40,648 nucleotides of DNA, taken from Pyrinomonadaceae bacterium (GTDB lineage Bacteria; Acidobacteriota; Blastocatellia; Pyrinomonadales; Pyrinomonadaceae). Every line of letters begins with the position of its first letter. Position 1 is the stretch's first letter. Both the position numbers and the translations under genes were made by a program. Of the stretch, positions 26,870 to 34,692 are shown one piece after another. The DNA is taken from NCBI GenBank assembly GCA_046714595.1, contig JBKKAS010000027.1, positions 1 through 40,648 of the forward strand, read 5' to 3'. The notes under the pieces are model-generated. The model worked only from the letters and a program-made list of their open reading frames with translations. It had not been told where the DNA came from and made no database searches.

Positions 26870-27251
26870 TTTCTTGCACTCCTGTCTTATTCTTATTCCC
26901 GTGTTCGAAGTTTGAGCGGAGTCGTGAAATGCCTCATGCCGCTCCTTCTCTTTTTTGGCATTTCACACTAGACCAGTCTCAACTTTGGTTCCACGATCGA
27001 TTCTTCGTGAGACATAGGTAGTTGTTCAAGAATGTTCGGCTCCGTAGTTTGCACGCGTGAGGATTGCGTGGCTTTTTTCGCGATTCGTGGATTTCCTCGC
27101 AGCGCATAGTGAAGTGCTGAGAGTGGGATTTGGATCGATTTTCCGGCGATCGCTCATCTTGGGACACCGCAAACCCCGGGGCACAACTGTTGCCGAACAG
27201 AATGGTAGATCCACGCGCATATTTTGAGCGCCGGATGAATTCTACGGAGGC

Positions 27252-28382
27252 TTGATGTCAAAAATACTCATTTTAGGTGGCGGATTCGGTGGCTTGGTAA
27301 CGGCGGAACGGCTCGCAGCGATGCTTGATGGCTCTCACCAGATCACCCTGGTTGCGCCGAATCAGAATTTTACTTTTTATCCGGCGCTGGTCCAGCTGGC
27401 TTTGGGCGAGTGTCAGCCGGCAGACGTTACGTTCGGACTTCGGGAGAAACTCAGGGACCTCGGCGTACGATTTGTTGAGGGCGAGCTGATAAGGATCGAC
27501 GCCGCACGACAGACGGCCGAGATCGCGGGCGACGATTTCAATGGCGACATTACATATGACTATGTAGTGCTCGCCCCGGGGCGTCGACTTGCTACCGAGA
27601 AGATCCCCGGTTTCTTTGAGCACGCCTCTCACTTACTCGGAATCAGTGCGGCAACCCGATTTGGCGAAAAGGTACGCGCCTTTCGCAAGGGAACAATTGT
27701 CGTCGGCAGCTGTCCCGATGCTCGCCTTCCAGTCCCGGTTTGCGAGACTGCGTTTGCGCTGGCAAGGTGGTTCAAGACAGAGGTTGACGACGGCAGTGTC
27801 CGCATTAAGGTGGTCTTTCCTGAGTCGCTCGAGTCGGCGTTCGGCGGGGCGCTGCTGCACAAGGAGCTGGAATCCGCGTTTGACCGCCACCACATTACGG
27901 TCCATTACGACATACCGATCACGGAGGTCGAGCCGAATGCGGTCATCTCATCGAAAGGCCACAAGATAATTTACGATCTGCTAATGCTGGTTCCGCCCTT
28001 TCGCGGACAAGCGATACTTAGCGATCTCGGGATCACAGATGAATCGGACTACATCAAGGTCGATGGGCAGATGCGCGTCCGCGGTCTCGCAAACGCGTAC
28101 GCCGTCGGTGACGCGGTAGCTTTTTCCGGGCCGAAGTTCGCGCACATGGCCGTCCGCCAAGCCGAGGTCGCGGCAAAAAATATCGCGGCTGCACTTAAAG
28201 GCACCGAGCCCGACACCGAGTATTATCACGAGATCGCCGCTATCATCGACGCCGGCGGCTCAGACTCGATCTTTCTGCATTACGGTATCTGGGACGATGT
28301 CACATACCATCTACATCAAGGTCGTCTTTGGAGTTGGGCAAAAGGCGTTCACGATAAAGTGTGGCAGGCGAGACATGCCTAA
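27252..28382 (+). CDS. FAD-dependent pyridine nucleotide-disulfide oxidoreductase, sulfide:quinone oxidoreductase/NDH-2-like
   Basis: The N-terminal Rossmann motif 'KILILGGGFGGL', 'YDYVVLAPG', the 'C..ARLPVPVCETAF' region and the C-terminal 'AVGDAV' FAD motif fit the layout of the SQR/NDH-2 family. GGAGG lies upstream. Confidence 0.7.
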   Translation: MMSKILILGGGFGGLVTAERLAAMLDGSHQITLVAPNQNFTFYPALVQLALGECQPADVTFGLREKLRDLGVRFVEGELIRIDAARQTAEIAGDDFNGDITYDYVVLAPGRRLATEKIPGFFEHASHLLGISAATRFGEKVRAFRKGTIVVGSCPDARLPVPVCETAFALARWFKTEVDDGSVRIKVVFPESLESAFGGALLHKELESAFDRHHITVHYDIPITEVEPNAVISSKGHKIIYDLLMLVPPFRGQAILSDLGITDESDYIKVDGQMRVRGLANAYAVGDAVAFSGPKFAHMAVRQAEVAAKNIAAALKGTEPDTEYYHEIAAIIDAGGSDSIFLHYGIWDDVTYHLHQGRLWSWAKGVHDKVWQARHA

Positions 28383-28520
28383 AATACCGATCCACGACCG
28401 GAGAAATTTATGCAAGTTTCGACACTTCAATCGCTTCTCCTTTGGTGCACGATAATTAACTACATTTTGCTGGTCGTATGATTTGCAGCTTTTCTATTGG
28501 CTCAACAACAAGCGGGCTTC

Positions 28521-29519
28521 TCACGTGCTAATGATCTCCCTTCGAATCGCAAGTGTCAGTTCCGGGACAATGGCAATTCCGGTTAAAGAGTTGATTACCT
28601 TTAGCACGACTCTCGCTGACTTTTTCAGTGTCTTCAGATTGTCAGGATTGGTCGTATGAAACCACAGATCAATACGATCGCGAACACCGTTCATTGTCGG
28701 TGCAAGCATAACCGCTCTGCTCTTGGAATCGCGCAAACCTTTTCTTATTTCACTGACCGTTGCCCCGCGAATACCTGCGCGAAGAAGTGATTCCCACGAA
28801 TCGCTTGCGCTGACGCGACGCGAGAACTTTCGCGCAGCTTTGAGGGTCAAACCATCAGGGAGATAGTTGATGAGCGGCAAAGATGTGGTGTGAAGCTCAA
28901 GCGGAAAATAGCGATGTGGCGTCTGGTCGAGGAAAAGTATTCCCTTGTCATTCAGTAACGACCACAGTTGGGGCAGCACTGCCTTTCGCTCGCTTGGTAA
29001 AAGGTGTTCGTAAACTGCGCTCAAAACGATCAGATCGAAGGTCCCCAACTCCTCCGGAAGTTCAGTTCCGGACGGCGACTGAAACAGACGCACGTTTTTG
29101 AATCTATAATGCTCAAGCCGCGCCCGCGCAACCCTTAACAAGTCTCGTTCAAGTTCGATGCCGACGATCTCACTTTCCGGAAATAGCCTGGCCAGCCACA
29201 TCGTCGACGCGCCGCTTCCGCAACCGAAATCCAGGATCCGCTTTCCAGCGATATCCTCAAATCGGAAATAGGAGCTCATATCGTTCTCAAGATGCTTCAG
29301 AACATAATCGCGATCTTCGTCCCGAGCGATCTCGTCGCATAACCAGGCGGGGCCTTTTGCATCGAGAACTGTACTTATGAGTTCAGTCGGGTAGGTGGTT
29401 TTGCACGTCAAAAGCGGCGAGAAGATAGTCGGGTCGTGCAACTGAACGTCGATCTTATTTCGCCCGGTTTCCAGCATAGAAATAATTACTCGCCCTTCCG
29501 GATGTTGAAGTGTGGTCAT
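28521..29519 (-). CDS. Class I SAM-dependent methyltransferase
   Basis: Motif I 'ILDFGCGSGAS', motif II region 'IVGIELE', and 'FDLIVLSAVYEHL'. Confidence 0.85.
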   Translation of the reverse strand: MTTLQHPEGRVIISMLETGRNKIDVQLHDPTIFSPLLTCKTTYPTELISTVLDAKGPAWLCDEIARDEDRDYVLKHLENDMSSYFRFEDIAGKRILDFGCGSGASTMWLARLFPESEIVGIELERDLLRVARARLEHYRFKNVRLFQSPSGTELPEELGTFDLIVLSAVYEHLLPSERKAVLPQLWSLLNDKGILFLDQTPHRYFPLELHTTSLPLINYLPDGLTLKAARKFSRRVSASDSWESLLRAGIRGATVSEIRKGLRDSKSRAVMLAPTMNGVRDRIDLWFHTTNPDNLKTLKKSARVVLKVINSLTGIAIVPELTLAIRREIIST

Positions 29520-29628
29520 TACTGGTCAGATGATACACGACCCGCACACGGGGTTTGGCTCGTCACTGGCACACCGAAAGAAGAAAGGGCACCTAATACG
29601 GTACCCAAACTCATTGATCGATAAAATT

Positions 29629-29704
29629 TGGTGGAGACGAGGGGGATCGAACCCCTGACCTCTGCAATGCCATTGCAGCGCTCTCCCAGCTGAGCTACGT
29701 CCCC
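29629..29704 (-). tRNA. tRNA-Ala: tRNA-Ala (anticodon GGC), CCA encoded
   Basis: The reverse complement reads GGGGACGTAGCTCAGCTGGGAGAGCGCTGCAATGGCATTGCAGAGGTCAGGGGTTCGATCCCCCTCGTCTCCACCA. It folds as a cloverleaf with a 7-bp acceptor stem including G3:U70 (the Ala identity pair). The anticodon stem is CTGCA/TGCAG with loop AT-GGC-AT, and the T-loop is TTCGATC. Confidence 0.95.
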
Positions 29705-29710
29705 AAAAGC

Positions 29711-29795
29711 AATTACGAATTATAAATTACGAGTTAGGAATTAACAATCAAGGGCATCTCCTCGGTCGTAATTCGTAACTCGTAATTCGTAATTT
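29711..29795. repeat. Inverted repeat built from CGTAATT-type heptamer words; terminator-like hairpin between the enoyl-CoA hydratase gene and the tRNA
   Basis: Left 29726-29743 'attacgagttaggaatta' pairs with right 29769-29786 'taattcgtaactcgtaat' at 17/18 positions. The right arm is 'cgtaatt cgtaact cgtaatt cgtaatt', with a 7-nt period. The periodicity allows alternative pairing registers. On the minus strand it is followed by 'ttgctttt'. Confidence 0.7.
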
Positions 29796-29799
29796 AACT

Positions 29800-30582
29800 T
29801 TACCTGCCGTTGAAAACGGGTTTACGCTTCTCGAGAAAAGCCGAGACGCCTTCCTGCTTGTCCTCGGTCGAAAAACAGATCGCGAAAAGATCCACCTCGC
29901 GGCGGAGACCCTCGTCGAGGTTCGACCGCGAGGCAAACTTGACCGCCTCTTTGCAGAGCTGCAATGCGATCGGCGCCTTCTTAGCGATCTTCGCGGCAAG
30001 CTCCATCGTCTTCGATTCAAGTTCGCCAGCCGGATAAACATGATTGACGAGACCGAACCTGAATGCAGTTTCGGCGTCGATCATATCGCCTGTCAAGATG
30101 ATCTCCATCGCGCGACCTTCGCCTATCAGCCGAGTCAGCCGCTGGGTTCCACCGCCGCCCGGCATGATGCCAAGATTTATCTCAGGCTGCGAGAATCGGG
30201 CCGTTTCACTGCAGACTCGTAGATCGCACGCGAGAGCGAGCTCGTTGCCGCCGCCAAGGCAAAATCCATTGACCATCGCGATGGTCGGTTTCGGAAACGA
30301 GTCGATGGTGTTAAAGAATGTCTTTTCGTGAAATAAGTTCCGCTGTGTCACCGGGGTTTGACCGGCGAATTCGCCGATGTCTGCACCCGCGATAAACGAC
30401 TTCTCCCCCGAACCGGTGATGACCAGAACCCTAATCGACGCGTCACGACGAAGATCGTCTAATGCGGCAACGCCGTCGGTATGAACCTGCTTGTTGAGCG
30501 CGTTCAACTTGTCCGGGCGATTGATGGTCAGAACCGCAACGCCATCGTCACGTTTTTCAACTGTAATTGTTTCGTAGCTCAT
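29800..30582 (-). CDS. Enoyl-CoA hydratase/isomerase family protein (crotonase)
   Basis: 260 aa with 'VAVLTINRPDKLNAL', 'FIAGADI', 'PTIAMVNGFCLGGGNELALACD' and 'GIMPGGGGTQRL': canonical crotonase-fold motifs. Confidence 0.9.
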   Translation of the reverse strand: MSYETITVEKRDDGVAVLTINRPDKLNALNKQVHTDGVAALDDLRRDASIRVLVITGSGEKSFIAGADIGEFAGQTPVTQRNLFHEKTFFNTIDSFPKPTIAMVNGFCLGGGNELALACDLRVCSETARFSQPEINLGIMPGGGGTQRLTRLIGEGRAMEIILTGDMIDAETAFRFGLVNHVYPAGELESKTMELAAKIAKKAPIALQLCKEAVKFASRSNLDEGLRREVDLFAICFSTEDKQEGVSAFLEKRKPVFNGR

Positions 30583-30800
30583 AAAGTCTCGTCCTTCGCC
30601 GCAAAAGCGGCGAGGAGATAATAGCCAGAGGCGGAGCCTCTGGGAACTTCTGGGAAAGGAACGCCGCGGTGGGACCGCGGCAGATCTCGCGCGGTTCCAC
30701 CGCGCAGAATTGCTGTGACAACGTATTCCAGACGTTTCACGTCTGGCTAGTATCTGGCGGCAGCTTCACGGCCGAATCACAATTCCGGAGTCTGAAGCCT

Positions 30801-31175
30801 CTACTCGTCGATTCCCTCGACGACGTTGTCGTCGGCGATCCACGCGACGAACAGACGCAGCCAGTTATCTTTTGATTCGATTATCGAGACACCTACGCGC
30901 GACGTTCCGTAGTTTGACGCTCCAATACGAGCGACCTTCGCCTTCACCTCGACTGGAACACCGTCCGGGCGATGCGAGCGAATGTACAGCGTGTCACCCT
31001 CGCTTATTTTTTGATTTAGCTGGAACAGCGCACCGAGGGTTGAGATGTCGTCCGTCTCGGTCGGCTCACTCCAGGCCGCGCCGTCGTCAGCACGTCCCGA
31101 TACAACTATCGGAAGCCGCAGGGCCATCCGGAGTGCGAAGCGTTTTTCCTCAAACTGAGGCTGCATACTAGGCAT
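30801..31175 (-). CDS. Stand-alone PilZ domain protein (putative c-di-GMP receptor)
   Basis: 124 aa. 'EKRFALRMALR' contains RxxxR, and 'TDDISTLGA' fits D/NxSxxG. Confidence 0.7.
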   Translation of the reverse strand: MPSMQPQFEEKRFALRMALRLPIVVSGRADDGAAWSEPTETDDISTLGALFQLNQKISEGDTLYIRSHRPDGVPVEVKAKVARIGASNYGTSRVGVSIIESKDNWLRLFVAWIADDNVVEGIDE

Positions 31176-31404
31176 CTGGCGCGTTTAACAAAAAAAGGGA
31201 TCGGTTCGAGCAAAACCAGTTTAACACTTCAGCGCTAAAGATTTCCATTGTAGATCTCGCAAAAGAATCTCGATGGCGATTCGGGTGCGGGAGAAATCAA
31301 CTTCCGGCTTTGTATTCGACTTACTTACGACGCGATAGTTATACTACACACATAGCGTTTAGTTCAAACTTTACGGGCTTTTGGAGAGCAGCAGGACCAT
31401 ATAA

Positions 31405-32415
31405 ATGTCGAAGACAAGTATCAAGCGGAAAGTGATGATTCTCGGGTCAGGGCCGGCAGGTCTTACGGCGGCCATCTACGCGTCGCGGGCGCAGCTTGAG
31501 CCGCTGGTGATCGACGGCCCACAACCCGGTGGACAGTTGACGATCACGACCGACGTCGAGAATTATCCGGGCTTTGCCGAAGGCATAATGGGACCGGCGT
31601 TGATGGAAGAGTTTCGCGAGCAGGCGGTGCGTTTCGGGACCGAGATACTAAATGTTTGGATCGACAAAGTTGACCTGTCGCAGCGTCCCTTCACGCTTTA
31701 CGGAAAGGAAAGTGAGGACAGCGAAGAGATCACAACCGAGATCAAAGCTGACACGCTGATCATCGCGACCGGAGCCTCGGCCAAATGGCTAGGAGTTCCC
31801 GGCGAAGCGCCCGCGCCCGACGGTCTCGGGGGTAACGGAGTCTCGGCCTGTGCGACTTGTGACGGATTTTTCTTTCGCGATAAGCCGATCGTCGTTGTCG
31901 GGGGCGGCGACACGGCGATGGAAGAGGCATTGTTTCTGACCCGCTTCGCGTCCAACGTAACACTGGTCCACCGTCGGGACGAATTTCGCGCGTCAAAGAT
32001 CATGCAGGACCGCGTGCTGGCTCACGATAAGATCGATGTTCTGTGGAACACCGAGCTTAAGGGAATCCTGGGATCGAAAAACACCGGAGTCGAAAGCGTC
32101 ACGCTCTTTAATAGCAAAGCGAACGAAACATCCAATTTCCCGACGCAGGGTGTTTTCGTAGCGATCGGACACAAACCGAATACCGATCTGTTCAAAGGCG
32201 TTCTTGAAATGGACGAAGTTGGTTACCTGAAGACGGAAGGCCGGACAATGAAAACGAACATCCCGGGCGTTTTCGCATGCGGCGACGCGCAGGATTCCTA
32301 TTATCGTCAGGCGGTCACGGCCGCCGGTACCGGTTGCATGGCCGCGATCGACGCCGAACGATTTTTAGTCGAACATGTCGTTGAAGTTGAAAAGAACACG
32401 GCGACGAACTGGTGA
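31405..32415 (+). CDS. trxB: Thioredoxin-disulfide reductase
   Basis: 'ILGSGPAGLTAAIYASRA', the redox-active 'CATCDG', the NADPH-binding 'VVGGGDTAMEEALFLT..VTLVHRRDEFRA' and the C-terminal 'GVFACGD'. Confidence 0.92.
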   Translation: MSKTSIKRKVMILGSGPAGLTAAIYASRAQLEPLVIDGPQPGGQLTITTDVENYPGFAEGIMGPALMEEFREQAVRFGTEILNVWIDKVDLSQRPFTLYGKESEDSEEITTEIKADTLIIATGASAKWLGVPGEAPAPDGLGGNGVSACATCDGFFFRDKPIVVVGGGDTAMEEALFLTRFASNVTLVHRRDEFRASKIMQDRVLAHDKIDVLWNTELKGILGSKNTGVESVTLFNSKANETSNFPTQGVFVAIGHKPNTDLFKGVLEMDEVGYLKTEGRTMKTNIPGVFACGDAQDSYYRQAVTAAGTGCMAAIDAERFLVEHVVEVEKNTATNW

Positions 32416-32416
32416 C

Positions 32417-32503
32417 AAACGGTAAGTTGTAAACGGTAAGCGGTAAGTTGCTAACCAGACAATTGTATTCCCCCCGACTCATTTACCGTTTACCGTTTAC
32501 CAC
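32417..32503. repeat. Inverted repeat built from GGTAAAC-type heptamer words; terminator-like hairpin after trxB
   Basis: Left 32429-32447 'gtaaacggtaagcggtaag' pairs with right 32482-32500 '(t)ttaccgtttaccgtttac': 19 bp including two G-U pairs. Both arms are 7-nt periodic. 'tatttta' follows. It ends 9 nt before the next start codon. Confidence 0.7.
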
Positions 32504-32511
32504 TATTTTAT

Positions 32512-32838
32512 ATGCCCATCTACGAGTACAAATGTAAGGAGTGTGGAGAGCACTTCGAAAGACGACAAACCGTCAACGAAGGACCGCTGACTCTATGCGA
32601 AAAATGTGGGGGCGCTCTTGAAAAGCAGTGGTCGCTCTCCGGATTCCAGTTCAAGGGCGCCGGTTGGTACGTGACCGACTATGCAGCGAAGGGTTCAGGC
32701 AAGGACTCAAAGCCAGCTTCGGAGAAGAGTGAAAAAGGATCGGCCAGCGAATCAACCGATAGCTCGGGTGCTGCATCAAAGGTAACGAGTGAGCCCACAC
32801 CGGCCCCAAAGAAGGAAAGCGGATCGAAGAAAGAATGA
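32512..32838 (+). CDS. FmdB-family zinc-ribbon protein with Ser/Lys/Glu-rich tail
   Basis: 'MPIYEYKCKECGEHFE....CEKCGG' is the typical FmdB/CxxC_CxxC_SSSS N-terminus. The stop overlaps the next start (ATGA). Confidence 0.85.
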   Translation: MPIYEYKCKECGEHFERRQTVNEGPLTLCEKCGGALEKQWSLSGFQFKGAGWYVTDYAAKGSGKDSKPASEKSEKGSASESTDSSGAASKVTSEPTPAPKKESGSKKE

Positions 32839-33740
32839 AATTGTCGGCTAAAACGATCTTATGGTTAGCCATTACCGTGCTGAGCGCGGCGATATTAGCG
32901 CCTTCACAATCGCGTCACAGCGCTAAGGGCGGCGATCTCGACGGCACGCTTCTCAGCGTGACAGCATGGCGGACAGACGGCAAAACCGACGGGATCAAGA
33001 TAGAAAATCTCTTTCTTTACGAGAACGGCTTCGAGCAAAAGATACGAAACTTTAGCTACGATCCGTCACCTTCGCGCATTCTGCTTCTGGTGGATAATTC
33101 CCAAACCTTGCCCGGCGACGTCGAACGGCTGAGAAAGGCGACGATGGAGTTTGCCTACGAGATATTCGACGGAGATCAGCTCTTCGTTATCGCTTATGAC
33201 GAGAAAGCCGAGATCGTGCAGGAATGGACCGACGACGCGAAAAAGATGGAAACGTCGCTCGCGACGTTCAGAAAGAAAGGCAGGCCTCTTTTGTTTGACG
33301 CGCTCGACTCGGCCGTCACTGAGGTCCTCACGCCGCTGATGCCCGGGACACGAAAAACCGCCATCGTACTTATCGGCGACGGCGTAGATCGCGGCAGCAA
33401 GATCAGCTTTGACAAGATCCTCGCCCGCCTGCAGAACGACAATGTGACCGTCTATGCGCTCAAGTTACCGGATCGCACCGGCGGCGCTTTTCGTCGCGAT
33501 CGGCCTAAGGCCTCGGCCGTGCTGGCTCAGCTTACCGACGGTACAGGCGGAAGAGTTTTCCCTGTCGAGGAAGCACAAACAGCGGCAAAATCGATCTGCG
33601 ACGAGCTCCGCCGAAATCGATATCTGCTTTCGTACATTCCGGTGAACATGTCGAGTTATGACATCCGTCGCGTCTATCTAACCGCCGACGAAGGTATCAA
33701 TATCCGCACTAAGACCGCCCAGCCACCGAACGTTAAGTAA
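32835..33740 (+). CDS. Secreted VWA domain protein (acidobacterial VWFA-related type)
   Basis: Signal peptide 'ILWLAITVLSAAILAPSQS'. The MIDAS-like 'LLLVDNSQT' and 'AIVLIGDGVDRGS' resemble the VWFA-related family that is abundant in Acidobacteria. Confidence 0.75.
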   Translation: MKLSAKTILWLAITVLSAAILAPSQSRHSAKGGDLDGTLLSVTAWRTDGKTDGIKIENLFLYENGFEQKIRNFSYDPSPSRILLLVDNSQTLPGDVERLRKATMEFAYEIFDGDQLFVIAYDEKAEIVQEWTDDAKKMETSLATFRKKGRPLLFDALDSAVTEVLTPLMPGTRKTAIVLIGDGVDRGSKISFDKILARLQNDNVTVYALKLPDRTGGAFRRDRPKASAVLAQLTDGTGGRVFPVEEAQTAAKSICDELRRNRYLLSYIPVNMSSYDIRRVYLTADEGINIRTKTAQPPNVK

Positions 33741-33838
33741 CTAAAAGCTAATAGCTAAAAACTAAAAGTGGTTTGAAAGCGCTAGCTTTGAGCGCCCGCT
33801 TTGTTCAGTTCTAACTTTTAGTTATTAGTTATTAGTTA
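33738..33838. repeat. AT-rich inverted repeat built from CTAAAAG / TAGTTAT heptamer words between convergent genes
   Basis: Left arm 33745-33769 pairs with right arm 33814-33837. A 10-bp perfect core ('aactaaaagt'/'acttttagtt') is followed, after one mismatch, by 13 more pairs (two G-U). The arms overlap both stop codons (33738-33740 and 33836-33838). The loop is about 44 nt. Confidence 0.7.
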
Positions 33839-34681
33839 AACCGCCACCGGTGCCGGGATCCTGGCGTGGGACTGATAATTCTCCAATTTCAAATTCTCAA
33901 ATTTGAAATTCAATAGACCTTCCAGTCCCTTCAAACGATCGGCATTCGAAAACTCTAATTTCGGCAGCGGCAGCGGTTCGCGTGACAAGAGCTCATTCAC
34001 CTGGTCGAGATGGTTCAAGTAGATATGCACGTCGCCAAACGTGTGAATAAACTCACCGACTTCCAGATCACAAACGTGAGCGATGAGGTGCGTCAAAAGC
34101 GCATAGCTACTGATATTGAAGGGTACGCCGAGAAACGCGTCGGCGGAGCGCTGATAGAGTTGGCAGTGGAGTGTGCGGCCATTGTCGACCTTGAACTGAA
34201 ACAACGTGTGGCAAGGCGGCAGCGCGACATCGTCGCAAGTCTCCGGGTTCCAACCCGTGACTATCAATCGACGTGAGTTTGGGTTCGTCTCGATCTCTTT
34301 TACCAACCGCGCGATCTGATCGACACCATTGGTCTTCGGATAATCTCCGCCGAACGATCGCCACAGGTAACCGTAGATCGGCCCAAGGTCGCCGGCCGGT
34401 CGTCCGAATCTCGCGGTCTGCTCCGCAGTCGCCCACTCGGCCCAGATGTCGACGCCGCGAGCCTGAAGATCGGCGTCGCTCGTCGATCCGCTCAGGAACC
34501 AGAACAGCTCCTCGGCAACCCATCGGAACGGCACACGCTTGGTCGTCACGATCGGGAATCCTTCCCGCAGATCGAACCGCGTTTGATATCCGAAGGCCGA
34601 GATCGTGCCGACACCGGTCCGGTCTTCGTGCCGAGTTCCGGTTTCAAGAATGTGTTTGAGAAGGTTGTGGTACTGATTCAT
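33836..34681 (-). CDS. thyA: Thymidylate synthase (ThyA type)
   Basis: 'HEDRTGVGT', 'FPIVTTKRV', the active-site 'LPPCHTLFQF', 'YQRSADAFLGVPFNI' and 'GDVHIYLNH'. Confidence 0.95.
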   Translation of the reverse strand: MNQYHNLLKHILETGTRHEDRTGVGTISAFGYQTRFDLREGFPIVTTKRVPFRWVAEELFWFLSGSTSDADLQARGVDIWAEWATAEQTARFGRPAGDLGPIYGYLWRSFGGDYPKTNGVDQIARLVKEIETNPNSRRLIVTGWNPETCDDVALPPCHTLFQFKVDNGRTLHCQLYQRSADAFLGVPFNISSYALLTHLIAHVCDLEVGEFIHTFGDVHIYLNHLDQVNELLSREPLPLPKLEFSNADRLKGLEGLLNFKFENLKLENYQSHARIPAPVAV

Positions 34682-34692
34682 GAAAAGTTAAC

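Noticed and set aside
25991-29704. Possible genomic island inserted at tRNA-Ala (secreted unknown protein, SQR-like gene, ORF stump, methyltransferase)
   Set aside because: There is no integrase, no direct repeat of the tRNA 3' end, and no obvious compositional break that I could see by eye.
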